This document shows, in pieces, positions 44,926 to 55,629 of a stretch of DNA of 64,000 bases. The notes below the pieces were generated by a model. That model was not told where the DNA came from, did no database searches, and worked only from the letters and a program-made list of their open reading frames with translations. Within the stretch, counting starts at the first letter, position 1. Each line of letters begins with the position of its first letter. Made by a program: the position numbers and the translations under genes. Source of the stretch: Anaerocolumna sp. (GTDB taxonomy: Bacteria > Bacillota > Clostridia > Lachnospirales > Lachnospiraceae); NCBI RefSeq assembly GCF_032079385.1, contig NZ_DAMAUC010000003.1, positions 117,119 through 181,118 on the forward strand, given 5' to 3'.

Positions 44926-45788
44926 ATAGTTTTAAGAAATATCCTTTAAGGAAAAAAATAATTGTATCATTGGCACATGTGATTTTAGCTATTACAGCGT
45001 TTGTATGGCTGATACCTGTTTTTTGGGTAATACTAACCAGTTTTAGAGGTACCAAAGGCTCTTATAGCTCAACATTTATTCCTACCAGCTTTACTTTGGA
45101 TAATTACAAGAAGCTATTTACAGATTTTTCGGTTTTTAATTTTCCTCAAATGCTTGTGAATACTTTTCTAATTGCAATCATTAGCTGCTTAATCTCCACA
45201 TTTTTTGTAATTGCGGTAGCATTTACTTTATCCAGATTACGGTTCAGATCAAGAAGAGCAATTATGAATGCAGCGATGGTCATAAATTTATTTCCAGGAT
45301 TTATGTCAATGATAGCAGTGTACTACATATTTAAAATGTTTGGCTGGACTAATGGTCCAATGTTAAGAGTCGCTATGATAGCAGTTTATGCCGGAGGTGC
45401 CGGATGTGGATATCACATTGCAAAAGGTTTTTTTGATACCATTCCTTATGCACTTGATGAAGCGGCACTTTTAGATGGAGCAAATAAATGGAGAGTTTTA
45501 ACAAAGATTATTATGCCCTTAAGTAGACCTATCGTTGTTTATACTTTATTAACGTCCTTTGCCGGTCCTTTTAAAGACTTTATGCTGGCAAAAGTCCTTT
45601 GTGGGTCGAATCAACAATATTATACAGTGGCTGTGGGGCTTTATCAGATGCTTGATAAGGAATACATTGATCAATGGTTCTGCAGCTTTGCTGCCGGAGC
45701 AGTAATTATATCAATTCCTATTGCATTTCTGTTCCTAAAAACACAGAAGTATTACGTAGAAGGTTTAAGTGGATCAGTAAAAGGTTGA
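44922..45788 (+). CDS. Sugar ABC permease (MalG-like)
   Basis: ATGA overlap with the upstream gene. EAA loop DEAALLDGANKWRVLTKIIMPLSRP. Confidence 0.85.
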   Translation: MNSFKKYPLRKKIIVSLAHVILAITAFVWLIPVFWVILTSFRGTKGSYSSTFIPTSFTLDNYKKLFTDFSVFNFPQMLVNTFLIAIISCLISTFFVIAVAFTLSRLRFRSRRAIMNAAMVINLFPGFMSMIAVYYIFKMFGWTNGPMLRVAMIAVYAGGAGCGYHIAKGFFDTIPYALDEAALLDGANKWRVLTKIIMPLSRPIVVYTLLTSFAGPFKDFMLAKVLCGSNQQYYTVAVGLYQMLDKEYIDQWFCSFAAGAVIISIPIAFLFLKTQKYYVEGLSGSVKG

Positions 45789-45957
45789 TGAGAGTATTAC
45801 TAAAGACAGCATCAAACTTAAGTAATCTGCTATCTTCCCATTGCCTAAACAATATCTTTGTTTAGGCAGGGAGGTGTTGGCACACTGGCTATATTTTGTA
45901 AAAGTATCCATATATATAAGTTACCGGTAAAAGAAATAGAATAACCAAAATCTAAGT

Positions 45958-45986
45958 CGGGCATCGAAAAAATGCCCGGCTTTTTT
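45958..45986 (+). terminator. Rho-independent terminator
   Basis: CGGGCAT (45958-45964) pairs with ATGCCCG (45972-45978). GCTTTTTTG follows. Confidence 0.7.
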
Positions 45987-46166
45987 GCATAAAAATATTG
46001 ATTGGATAACACAAGTTTAAAGTATCAGATGCCGGAGATTCAATAAAAAATGGGATTTAAGATTTCCTGCAGGAAAGTGAAAAGCCCGCAATCGTAATCG
46101 TAAGAACTTTGAGTGCCCTGGCCTGCAGAAAAAAGGGACGATCATCTGTTCTGAAACGCTAATGAA

Positions 46167-47003
46167 TTATCCCCCACGGGTATGCCTTAAAGCATCATTT
46201 TCCTTACATATATCCACATATTTACTTGGACTTACACCAAATACATGCATGAAAGCACGGTAGAAGGTGCGCATACTGTTAAAGCCCGCACCCATTGCGG
46301 CCTGGGTAATGGATTCCTCACCATCTAAAAGCATACCGGCAACCTGCCTGCAACGTAATGCGTTGATATATTCATTGATACTGCATCCTACATGCTTGTT
46401 AAAGATATGAGAAAACCGGCTGGAGCTGTAGCCGAATTCCTCAGCAATTGATTTAAGAGACAGTGAGTTTTTGTAATTATTGTTAAGATAGCTAAGAATA
46501 TTACGAACCAAAGCATCATCATCTTTTGCAGACTTATCCTCCAGCGGGATATTTTCTGTCAGTAAAGCCAGAATCACATGAATATACCCTCTGGTAGCCA
46601 TGGAATCCGGGGCTTTTTGCTGCAGCTCGCAACAACGCCTCATACAGCGGGCCACCTCCTTATTTAAAGGCTTATCGGAAATATGGCATAAGGAAAAGTT
46701 TTTTCCTGCCAGTACCTTTTGAAAGGCGGGTATGTAAGAAAGAGGAATAATCATAACTAGTGTATCTGACTTTGCGGAGGTCCAATACCGATGTACGGCA
46801 TAGCTTGGTACTAGCAGCAATTCTCCGGCTTGTATGCAGTAAAATCTTCCATTTAAGGTTGCCTCCATAGTGCCGCTGCGTACGTATACAAGTTCCAGAG
46901 CACTGTGAAAATGAGGCGCACAGTTGTTGTTCAGCGAATACCAGAAGGAAGGAAGAGCCTGGCTGTCGCGGGATATTTCGTAATCATACATCTGCTGGGG
47001 CAT
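46167..47003 (-). CDS. AraC-family regulator (cupin sensor plus dual HTH)
   Basis: N-terminal cupin-like APHFHSALELVYVRSG. C-terminal LKSIAEEFGYSSSRFSHIFNKHVG..ITQAAMGAGFNSMRTFYRAFMHVFGVSP. Confidence 0.85.
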   Translation of the reverse strand: MPQQMYDYEISRDSQALPSFWYSLNNNCAPHFHSALELVYVRSGTMEATLNGRFYCIQAGELLLVPSYAVHRYWTSAKSDTLVMIIPLSYIPAFQKVLAGKNFSLCHISDKPLNKEVARCMRRCCELQQKAPDSMATRGYIHVILALLTENIPLEDKSAKDDDALVRNILSYLNNNYKNSLSLKSIAEEFGYSSSRFSHIFNKHVGCSINEYINALRCRQVAGMLLDGEESITQAAMGAGFNSMRTFYRAFMHVFGVSPSKYVDICKENDALRHTRGG

Positions 47004-47158
47004 TTAAATCCTCCTTTTTTAAAAATGAATAGTAGCTAATTATGGCATAAAATATGTTCTTTACGGCAAGCAAATGCTGTTTACTTATATTATAATTAAT
47101 TTATAAAAGATTACAAGTATCTAATTTCCCAACATAATCTATGAAAGGATGAAGACAT

Positions 47159-48232
47159 ATGAAAACATTAAAACTAGGAATCATCGGTTGTGGCGGTATT
47201 GCCAACGGAAAGCATCTGCCATCTATCAAAAAGGAAGGCAGCGCGGAGATAGTAGCCTTTTGCGATATTATTGAACAACGGGCTAAAGATGCAGCAAAAA
47301 AATTTGGCACAGAGGATGCCAAAATATTTACCGATTATCATGAACTGATTAAACTGGATTTGGATGCTGTTTATGTTTGTACACCTAACCGCTCTCATTG
47401 TGAAATCACTGTGGCGGCACTCAATGCGGGTAAACATGTAATGTGCGAAAAACCAATGGCTATTAACTATGCCCAGGCTATGGAGATGGTGGAAACAGCA
47501 AAGAAAACCAATAAGTTGTTGACTATTGGTTACCAAAACCGATATAGGGGAGACAGCAATTATCTTAAGCAGGAATGTGTAAATGGTGAACTGGGTGATA
47601 TTTATTATGCGAAAGCAAAAGCCATCCGTCGCCGTGCAGTACCTACATGGGGAGTATTTTTAAATGAATATGAGCAGGGTGGGGGTCCCCTAATTGATAT
47701 AGGCACTCATGCTCTGGATCTGACCCTCTGGATGATGAATAACTACAAGCCAAAAAGTGTGGTAGGTACCATTTATCACAAACTTAACGGCGAGACACAG
47801 CCTGCCAACGCCTGGGGACCATGGGATCCTGAAAAGTTTACTGTGGAGGACAGTGCCTTTGGATTTATCATTATGGAGGATGGAGCTACCATCACATTGG
47901 AAGCGAGTTGGGCCCTTAACTCACTGGATGTGCATGAGGCTAAAACGGTATTATGCGGTACTAAAGCCGGTGCAGATATGCTAAATGGACTGACTATCAA
48001 TGGAACAAAAAATGACCGCTTGTATGAGCTAAAACCTAACCTGGAAGCCGGAGGTGTTGCTTTTTATGACGGTGCTGCAACAACTCCCGAAGTAGTAGAG
48101 CAGCAAACTTTCCTCAACGCCATTCGCGGTGAAGGTGAATTGGTGGTACTGCCGGAACAGGCTGCAGTGGTTACACAGATTCTGGATGCTATTTATCAAT
48201 CTGCCAGAGAGGGACGTCAGATCATACTGTAA
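47159..48232 (+). CDS. Gfo/Idh/MocA-family oxidoreductase
   Basis: Rossmann start LKLGIIGCGGIANGKH, plus the EKP motif (VMCEKPMA). Confidence 0.85.
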   Translation: MKTLKLGIIGCGGIANGKHLPSIKKEGSAEIVAFCDIIEQRAKDAAKKFGTEDAKIFTDYHELIKLDLDAVYVCTPNRSHCEITVAALNAGKHVMCEKPMAINYAQAMEMVETAKKTNKLLTIGYQNRYRGDSNYLKQECVNGELGDIYYAKAKAIRRRAVPTWGVFLNEYEQGGGPLIDIGTHALDLTLWMMNNYKPKSVVGTIYHKLNGETQPANAWGPWDPEKFTVEDSAFGFIIMEDGATITLEASWALNSLDVHEAKTVLCGTKAGADMLNGLTINGTKNDRLYELKPNLEAGGVAFYDGAATTPEVVEQQTFLNAIRGEGELVVLPEQAAVVTQILDAIYQSAREGRQIIL

Positions 48233-48251
48233 AACAAGCAGGAGGTATTAT

Positions 48252-48998
48252 ATGAGTTTAATAAAAGAGTTTAATCTTCAACTCTATTCAGTAAGGGAGC
48301 TGATTAAGGATAATTTTCCAGAGGTATTAAAAAGAGTTGCCCAAATTGGCTATACCGGAGTGGAGTTTGCCGGCTATGGAAATCTGACCGCCAGTCAAAT
48401 GCGCGAATTACTGGAAGAAAACGACTTAAAATCCATTAGCAGTCATGTGTCTCTGGAACGATTGTTGAATAACTTAGACGAAGAACTGAGTTATAACCAG
48501 CAGATTGGGACACAGGCAATCATCGTGCCTTATCATTCCCCTGAAACTGCTCAGGATGTAGAAAAACTGGCAGAACAGCTTGCACCTATTGCAAAAGCTG
48601 TGCGTAGTGCAGGCTTTATATTTGGTTACCACAACCACGCTCATGAGTTTACTAAATCAGAGGATGGTGTGACTCATCTGGATCTGCTTCTGCAATTGAC
48701 CGATCCACGGGATGTGGTTCTGGAATTAGATGTATACTGGGTCGCCTATGCAGGTGTAGATGTATTAGAATACATGGAGAAGCAAAAGGAACGAATCCGT
48801 TTGCTGCATATTAAGCAGATGGCTGATTTTGAAAGCAAGAAATGTGTGGATTTAGACGAAGGTGTGTTGGACTTTAACCGAATTATACGCAAGGGACTGG
48901 AAAATGGTGTACAGCATTGCATCTTGGAGCAGGAGGAGTTTGCGGTATCACCTTATCAAAGCTTAGAAAAAGGCTATAAACATATTATGAATCTGTAA
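48252..48998 (+). CDS. Sugar phosphate isomerase/epimerase (xylose-isomerase-like TIM barrel)
   Basis: AGGAGG then ATG 48252; the track ORF begins upstream at 48129, inside the previous gene. Motifs GYTGVEFAG and GYHNHAHEF. Confidence 0.8.
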   Translation: MSLIKEFNLQLYSVRELIKDNFPEVLKRVAQIGYTGVEFAGYGNLTASQMRELLEENDLKSISSHVSLERLLNNLDEELSYNQQIGTQAIIVPYHSPETAQDVEKLAEQLAPIAKAVRSAGFIFGYHNHAHEFTKSEDGVTHLDLLLQLTDPRDVVLELDVYWVAYAGVDVLEYMEKQKERIRLLHIKQMADFESKKCVDLDEGVLDFNRIIRKGLENGVQHCILEQEEFAVSPYQSLEKGYKHIMNL

Positions 48999-49137
48999 TT
49001 ATTGGATAATTTAAAGTAAGTTGTGAAGTGCAAGTAAACTAAAGAATATAAAAATGAGTCACGGTTTTAAGACAGTGTAAAGTAATAATTAAGTAAATAA
49101 AAAATGGCTCATAAGAATCTTGAAAAGGAGGATTTCA

Positions 49138-50103
49138 ATGAAATTAGGAGTATTAACAGTTCCATTATATGATCGCAGCGCAGAAGAAGCATTCCGTTAC
49201 CTGAGCAGCCTGGGGGTACAGGCAGTAGAGATCGGTACAGGTGGTTCACCGGGTAATAAGCATTCCAACCCGGAAGAATTACTTTCAAGTGAAAGTAAAC
49301 TGCAGGCTTATAAGGATATGCTTAAAAAATATAATTTAGAGATTAGCGCATTAAGCTGCCATTCTAACCATGTACATCCTAATGCAGATATCCGTGAGCA
49401 AGCTGCCAGGGATTTTACTCAGACACTGCAATTGGCGGAAAAATTAGGTGTGGATACGGTGGTGAGCTTTTCCGGATGTCCCGGTGACCACGAGGGGGCT
49501 AAATACCCTAACTGGGTAACTTGTTCCTGGCCCACAGATTACCGCCATGTGTTGGACTATCAGTGGAATGAGGTGCTGATTCCTTTCTGGAAAGGTGCAG
49601 CTGCTGAAGCAGCCAATTACGGCGTTAATAAAATTGCTTTGGAATTACATCCCGGCTTTTGCGTATACAATACTGCCACATTGCTGCGTTTAAGAGAAGC
49701 CGTTGGTAATGCTATTGGTGCCAACTTTGATCCCAGTCACCTATTTTGGCAGGGAATTCGTCCCGCTGAAGCCATTAAGGCACTAAAGGGAGCAATTTAC
49801 CATTTCCATGCCAAGGATACTAAAGTGGATATAGTGAATACACATATAAATGGTGTCTTGGATACCGGCAGTTACGGTGACCTGTCAGATCGCAGCTGGC
49901 TGTTCCGCACAGTGGGTTGGGGTCACGATGCCGACCAATGGAAAGAAATCGTCTCTGCTTTGCGTCTTATCGGCTATGACGGAGCCATAAGCATTGAACA
50001 TGAGGATGCCTTTATGTCTATTGAGGAAGGACTGGAAAAAGCAGTTGCATTCTTAAAGGACATCATTATTGACGATCAACCTGCACAAGTGTGGTGGAAT
50101 TAA
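49138..50103 (+). CDS. Sugar phosphate isomerase/epimerase (TIM barrel)
   Basis: AAGGAGG then ATG 49138. Motifs LELHPG, FHAKD and SIEHED. Confidence 0.8.
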   Translation: MKLGVLTVPLYDRSAEEAFRYLSSLGVQAVEIGTGGSPGNKHSNPEELLSSESKLQAYKDMLKKYNLEISALSCHSNHVHPNADIREQAARDFTQTLQLAEKLGVDTVVSFSGCPGDHEGAKYPNWVTCSWPTDYRHVLDYQWNEVLIPFWKGAAAEAANYGVNKIALELHPGFCVYNTATLLRLREAVGNAIGANFDPSHLFWQGIRPAEAIKALKGAIYHFHAKDTKVDIVNTHINGVLDTGSYGDLSDRSWLFRTVGWGHDADQWKEIVSALRLIGYDGAISIEHEDAFMSIEEGLEKAVAFLKDIIIDDQPAQVWWN

Positions 50104-50123
50104 TATCGGGGGCAGATAATACT

Positions 50124-51176
50124 ATGGAGAAGAAAAAACTTAACATTGCATTAATTGGATATGGAGGTATGGGGAGCTGGCATGTCAAGACCCTTTCCCG
50201 TATTGATGAGGTTAATTTATGCGGTACTTGGGACATTGACCCTGTACGCAGGGAAGCGGCAGCTGCGGAGGGAATTCATATCTATGGGTCACAACAGGAA
50301 TTACTGGAGGACTCATCGGTGGAAGCCATAACCATTGCCACTCCAAATGACACCCATTTACCTATTGCACTTGCAGCTATGGGTGCCGGAAAGCATGTGG
50401 TCTGTGAAAAGCCTGTGGCATTAAACAGTGACGAACTGGCACAAATGATTCGTTGTTCAGAAAAGATGGGAGTATTGTTTACGGTACATCAAAATCGCCG
50501 CTGGGATGAGGATTACCTGATTATTAAAAAGCTGTATGAACAGCAAACCATGGGTAAGGTATTTAATATTGAGAGCCGTGTTCATGGATCCCGTGGGATA
50601 CCAAGTGACTGGCGCAACCAAAAGGAGCATGGCGGGGGAATGGTGCTGGACTGGGGCGTACACCTGCTGGATCAGATGACCATGATGCTTGGCAATCGCA
50701 AACCCCAAAGTGTCTATGCCCAGTTGACAAATGTAACCAACGAAGCGGTGGATGACGGTTTCCGTGCCAGCTTTCAGTTTGACGACCAATTAACCTTTTT
50801 AGTGGAGGTGGGTACCAGCAATTTTATCTCCATGCCCCGCTGGTATATTCAGGGGGAAAATGGTACCGCTGTTATACATGACTGGGAGCTAAAGGGCGAA
50901 ATCGTTATGGTTTCTGATTGGGAAAAACGTGACGCTGTACCGGTGGTAACCGCAGCAGGATTAACTAAAACCATGGCACCCCGCACTGATGAAACAGTAA
51001 AGAAATATCCGCTGCCTAAAGTACATGCTGATATTAGGGATTTTTACCGCAATGTCCGCGCCAGTATCCACGAAGGAGCACAGCTTCTCGTTCGTCCGGA
51101 AGAGGTTATGGAAGTCATGCATATTATGGAGGCTATCTTCCGTTCGGCAGAGGAAAACTGTGTGGTATACCTTTAG
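50124..51176 (+). CDS. Gfo/Idh/MocA-family oxidoreductase
   Basis: LNIALIGYGGMGSWH and VVCEKPVA. The start is ATG 50124. Confidence 0.85.
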   Translation: MEKKKLNIALIGYGGMGSWHVKTLSRIDEVNLCGTWDIDPVRREAAAAEGIHIYGSQQELLEDSSVEAITIATPNDTHLPIALAAMGAGKHVVCEKPVALNSDELAQMIRCSEKMGVLFTVHQNRRWDEDYLIIKKLYEQQTMGKVFNIESRVHGSRGIPSDWRNQKEHGGGMVLDWGVHLLDQMTMMLGNRKPQSVYAQLTNVTNEAVDDGFRASFQFDDQLTFLVEVGTSNFISMPRWYIQGENGTAVIHDWELKGEIVMVSDWEKRDAVPVVTAAGLTKTMAPRTDETVKKYPLPKVHADIRDFYRNVRASIHEGAQLLVRPEEVMEVMHIMEAIFRSAEENCVVYL

Positions 51177-51233
51177 TAAACCTATCCATGACAATAAGAA
51201 TAAATTACATTACAATATAATAAAATTTATAAA

Positions 51234-51268
51234 AACAGTAGGAGAATTTAATTTTCCTACTGTTTTGT
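51234..51268 (+). terminator. Rho-independent terminator
   Basis: AACAGTAGGA (51234-51243) pairs with TCCTACTGTT (51255-51264). TTGTG follows. Confidence 0.65.
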
Positions 51269-51482
51269 GCATGTGTGCCAAAAAATTATTAAAAAGACTA
51301 CAAAAATAAAGTTTCGCAAATAAACTTTTATATAGTGTAACGAAAAGGTATGATATATAGTCTAATTATTAAAAGAGATATATTTTTAAATTTATTTGGG
51401 TAACTACGAAACGAGTTGCAATTCTGATTCAAAGCATTAATAATGTAAGGGTAAATTAAAGGTTATCATAGGAGGGAGGGTT

Positions 51483-51860
51483 ATGTTGGAGCAAGATGTA
51501 GGAAGTTTGTATGAATGCTATTATAATGATTTGTATCGTTATGTGTATATAATGTGTTTAAATTCGTTTGATACAGAAGATATCTTACAAAATGTATTTT
51601 TAAAAGTTATAAAAGGAAGAAAAAGTTTTAGGGGAGAAAGTAGTATTAAAACATGGCTTTTTGCAATTGCTCATAATGAGTGTTTGAACTATTTGGAAAA
51701 AGACAAGAGAAAAATATTAGTGGAAAATGCTGATAACATAATAATAACACTTGGCTATGGAACTGATGAAATACTATTACAAAAAGAAACAGTTAAAATT
51801 ATATTGAACTTCATTCAGGTTCAGGAAAAACCAATAAGGAGACTAACATATGAAAAATAG
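51483..51860 (+). CDS. Sigma-70 family (ECF-like) sigma factor, region 2 only; apparently truncated
   Basis: Region 2 is DILQNVFLKVIKGRKSFRGESSIKTWLFAIAHNECLNYL. The ORF stops at 125 aa without a region 4 HTH and overlaps the next gene by 11 nt. Confidence 0.6.
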   Translation: MLEQDVGSLYECYYNDLYRYVYIMCLNSFDTEDILQNVFLKVIKGRKSFRGESSIKTWLFAIAHNECLNYLEKDKRKILVENADNIIITLGYGTDEILLQKETVKIILNFIQVQEKPIRRLTYEK

Positions 51861-52764
51861 TAATAACACAAAGGCATATCTTGCCGCCATTCTATACGCC
51901 CTTATTATAGGATTATCCTTTCTTTTTACAAAGATAGCATTAACGGTAACAAATCCTATGAATATTCTGGCACATAGGTTTACAATATCATTTATTGCAG
52001 CCTCTATTCCGGTTTTATTTGGGTGGATAAAGTTGAATATAAAGGGAAAAGATATACTTTCCATTTTGCCCCTTGCCTTATTCTATCCAACACTCTTTTT
52101 TGCATTTCAAGCCTTTGGGTTAGTATATATATCTTCCTCTGAGGCTGGTATTGTTCAAGCTACAGTTCCTGTCTTTACCATGATTTTGGCGGCTGTTTTC
52201 TTAAAAGAAAATATCAGTTTCTTACAAAAGATATCTCTGCTGCTATCAGTGTGCGGAGTTATTTATATATTTCTTATGAAAGGTATAGAGCTAAAGTCCG
52301 GAAGCTTTATCGGAATTGCTTTGATTGTGCTATCGGCACTTTCCTCTGCTTGTTATAACGTATTAGCAAGGAAAGCATCAAAAAGATATAGGCTAATTGA
52401 TTTAACCTATATTATGATTGTTATTGGTTTCTTAAGTTTTAACACAATATCTGCAGGGGATTATATTATAAGAGGAACTTTTGCTGATTATTTTAAACCA
52501 TTTACAAAGCCCCTATTTCTGATTTCAATTCTATATTTGGGAATATTGTCATCACTAATAACATCACTGTTAACAAATTATTCTTTGTCAAAAATAGATG
52601 CGACGAAGATGAGCGTATTCACCAATTTATCAACACTAATTACAATGCTTGCCGGAGTTATCTTTTTACATGAGGAGCTAGAAAGTTATCATATAATAGG
52701 AGCAATTATGATTATCATTGGAATCCTTGGTACGAATTTTTTAGGCAGAAAGAATCATTGTTAA
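51850..52764 (+). CDS. EamA/DMT-family transporter
   Basis: Ten predicted TM helices arranged as two EamA-like halves. Confidence 0.8.
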   Translation: MKNSNNTKAYLAAILYALIIGLSFLFTKIALTVTNPMNILAHRFTISFIAASIPVLFGWIKLNIKGKDILSILPLALFYPTLFFAFQAFGLVYISSSEAGIVQATVPVFTMILAAVFLKENISFLQKISLLLSVCGVIYIFLMKGIELKSGSFIGIALIVLSALSSACYNVLARKASKRYRLIDLTYIMIVIGFLSFNTISAGDYIIRGTFADYFKPFTKPLFLISILYLGILSSLITSLLTNYSLSKIDATKMSVFTNLSTLITMLAGVIFLHEELESYHIIGAIMIIIGILGTNFLGRKNHC

Positions 52765-52903
52765 AGATAAGCCTTTAAAGTTTATCTTTCTAACATAGTT
52801 CCTTAGACATAAAAAAAGCCCTTTAGGGCAAGCCTGAGAATGAAATGCATTTGGTATCTCTCAGGCGCTCCGGGCGTTATTAGCAGGAAAATATGTTTAT
52901 TAC

Positions 52904-55558
52904 TTATAGCCATTCTCCATGCCGTCTTACATATATTTTCTTAATTAATTGGGCAAACAGACAATATCCTGCCAGAATGAGCACGAGCCATGGCATAAAG
53001 GTAAAGGGTAATGGCATCATGTCAATACCAATTGAAAAATTGCTGAATCCTATAGCAATTGCCACGAAGGCAACGGTAAAAGTGGATACTAGCAGAGGCA
53101 AAGACGGATTGCTTTGTAAAAATGGTATTTTAGATGTACGAATCATATGGATAACCAATACCTGTGAAACTGTTCCGAATACAAACCATCCGCATTGAAA
53201 CAATGGTGATAATTCAACTGTCTTTGCTCCAATCAACCACCACATAACTGCAAAGCATAAAATATCAAATACAGAGCTAAGGGGTCCCATATATGCCATA
53301 AATGACTTAATGGATTTTGTCTCCCATCTCCGTGGCCTTTTAACATATTCGTCATCTACACTGTCGAAGGCCATTCCCATTTGAGCGAAATCGCATAGCA
53401 GGTTCTGGGTTAATATCTGTACCGGAAGCATGGGTAAGAATGGAAGAAATATGCTTGCAACGATAACCGAAATCATATTACCGAAATTTCCGCTTGCCGC
53501 CATTTTAATATATTTTACAATATTTCCAAATGTTCGGCGGCCTTCGATAACACCTTCCTCAAGTACCATCAAATCCTTTTTCAACAAAATAATGTCGGCA
53601 GTTTCCTTAGCAATATCTACGGCACTGTCAACGGAAATACCTACATCCGCTTGACGCAGAGCTGGGGCATCATTAATGCCATCACCCATATAGCCCACTG
53701 TGTGCCCGGCAATTTGAAAAGCTTTTACAACCCGCTCTTTTTGTGATGGTGACAATTTTGCAAACAAATTACATGTTTTTACAGCATCCAGCAATTTGGC
53801 ATCATCCATCTGTTCTACGTCACGACCTGTCAATAAGTGAGAGGTATTTACGCCTACCTTGCCGCAAACCTTTACGGCTACCCCTTCACTGTCCCCAGTG
53901 AGAACAACTGTTCTTACTCCGTGTTCCCGGAGAGCAATAATTGCGGATTTGGCACTTTTCTTAGGGGGATCAAGGAAGCCTACAAATCCGATTAAAACCA
54001 TATCCTTTTCATCGGCAACGCTAAAGGCACCACTTTCAGGAACTTTATTTTTCTGAGCTACTGCAATTATTCGAAGACCGTCAGCATTGTGCTTTTCGTA
54101 GACCGCCAAGGCAGCTCGCTTGGTTTCTTCATCCATGGGTAAAACCTTTCCGTCCATCTCCACAAAAGATGAGATACCAATCATTTCTTCTACAGCACCC
54201 TTAGTAATAAGCTGTCGTTTTCCATTTTTATCAGTTAAAACTACACTCATTCTACGGCGAGTGAAATCAAAGGGGATTTCATCCACACGGCTATAATTCC
54301 CCAGCATATCTTCCAGACCGTACCGCTCAGCCCGATTGATTATAGCAAGATCAATCAGGTTTTTAAGACCAGTCTGGAAATAGCTGTTGAGGTAGGCATG
54401 GCGTAGGATACGGGCATCATCCTTACCATGTAGGTTCATATATCTTTCTAATACAATTTTATCTTCTGTTAACGTTCCGGTTTTATCGGTGCAAAGCACA
54501 TCCATTTCTCCAAAGGTCTGAATTGCGCCAAGGGAGCGGACAATTACGTTGTGCTTTGACATGGAGACAGCACCTTTAGCCAGTGTAGATGTCATAATTA
54601 CCGGCAACATTTCCGGTGTAAGTCCAACCGCAATGCTAATTGCAAAAAGTAAGGCATTAGGCCATTCGCCTTTTGCAAATCCATTGATGAGAAATATAAC
54701 AGGCACCATAACCAGCATCATACGAACCAATAATCGGCTGACAGAACCAACACCTCGCTCAAAGCTGGTTTTTGCCCTGTCGCTGGAAAGCGTTTTCGCC
54801 ATGGAGCCAAAATACGTATAATTACCGGTTCCCAGCACCACAGCTGTGGCACTGCCGCTGACAACGTTGGAACCCATGAATCCAATGTTTAACAAGTCTG
54901 TCAATCCATCAGAGGGTTGATTTCTTATGTCACTGAATTTTTCCACTGGATTGGATTCGCCGGTCAAAGCTGACTGAGCAATAAATGTATCCTTTGCTGT
55001 TAAAAAACGCACATCCGCAGGCAGCATATCACCTGCAGAAAGCCGTACAATATCACCGGGAACTACTTCGTCTATTAATATTTCGGCCAGCCTTCCATCC
55101 CTCCATGCTTCTGCCTTGTTGGAGATCATCTTTGAAAGCTTTTCAGCAGCAGAGTTGGAACGCTGGCTTTGCACAAAAGCTACTAGACTGGACAGAACCA
55201 CTAGTGATAAAATAATAGTAACAGTAAGGTAATCAGGCCGGGTGGATAAAACTACATCCGTAAAATACGTAATAACAGTAATGAGAAGTAAAATAATATT
55301 AAAAGGGTTAATGACTGCTTCCATCAGTCGGTGAAAGGTTGTGTTCTTATTTCCTGCAGTTATGACATTTTTTCCGAATTCATCCTGTCTGCTTTCAACT
55401 TCCTCTTTTGTAAGACCCTTCTGGGTAGCGGATAAATAGGAGAAGAGCTCCTCTGTAGTCATAAAGGCAAAGTTACGAAGTTTTACTTCGGTGTCAAATT
55501 TGTTTTTTTGAATCTCACTATTTTGATTTTTTCTTTTTAATAAATTCACTGGAATCAT
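52904..55558 (-). CDS. mgtA: Magnesium-translocating P-type ATPase
   Basis: Motifs CTDKTGTLTEDK, TGES, MGDGINDAPAL and VLTGD. Length and N-terminus are MgtA/MgtB-like. The start is set at ATG 55558; the track ORF runs upstream through the leader to TTG 55699. Confidence 0.85.
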   Translation of the reverse strand: MIPVNLLKRKNQNSEIQKNKFDTEVKLRNFAFMTTEELFSYLSATQKGLTKEEVESRQDEFGKNVITAGNKNTTFHRLMEAVINPFNIILLLITVITYFTDVVLSTRPDYLTVTIILSLVVLSSLVAFVQSQRSNSAAEKLSKMISNKAEAWRDGRLAEILIDEVVPGDIVRLSAGDMLPADVRFLTAKDTFIAQSALTGESNPVEKFSDIRNQPSDGLTDLLNIGFMGSNVVSGSATAVVLGTGNYTYFGSMAKTLSSDRAKTSFERGVGSVSRLLVRMMLVMVPVIFLINGFAKGEWPNALLFAISIAVGLTPEMLPVIMTSTLAKGAVSMSKHNVIVRSLGAIQTFGEMDVLCTDKTGTLTEDKIVLERYMNLHGKDDARILRHAYLNSYFQTGLKNLIDLAIINRAERYGLEDMLGNYSRVDEIPFDFTRRRMSVVLTDKNGKRQLITKGAVEEMIGISSFVEMDGKVLPMDEETKRAALAVYEKHNADGLRIIAVAQKNKVPESGAFSVADEKDMVLIGFVGFLDPPKKSAKSAIIALREHGVRTVVLTGDSEGVAVKVCGKVGVNTSHLLTGRDVEQMDDAKLLDAVKTCNLFAKLSPSQKERVVKAFQIAGHTVGYMGDGINDAPALRQADVGISVDSAVDIAKETADIILLKKDLMVLEEGVIEGRRTFGNIVKYIKMAASGNFGNMISVIVASIFLPFLPMLPVQILTQNLLCDFAQMGMAFDSVDDEYVKRPRRWETKSIKSFMAYMGPLSSVFDILCFAVMWWLIGAKTVELSPLFQCGWFVFGTVSQVLVIHMIRTSKIPFLQSNPSLPLLVSTFTVAFVAIAIGFSNFSIGIDMMPLPFTFMPWLVLILAGYCLFAQLIKKIYVRRHGEWL

Positions 55559-55597
55559 TCCTTTCTTTATTTTAGGATTCCCCAGTGAAAACATAAA

Positions 55598-55629
55598 AAA
55601 ACAACAAAAAAGCTGCCCGAGAGGCAGCA
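55598..55629 (-). terminator. Leader terminator/attenuator upstream of mgtA
   Basis: On the minus strand the hairpin GCTGCC-TCTCG-GGCAGC is followed by TTTTTTGTTGTTTTTTT. It ends about 40 nt before the start codon. Confidence 0.55.
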
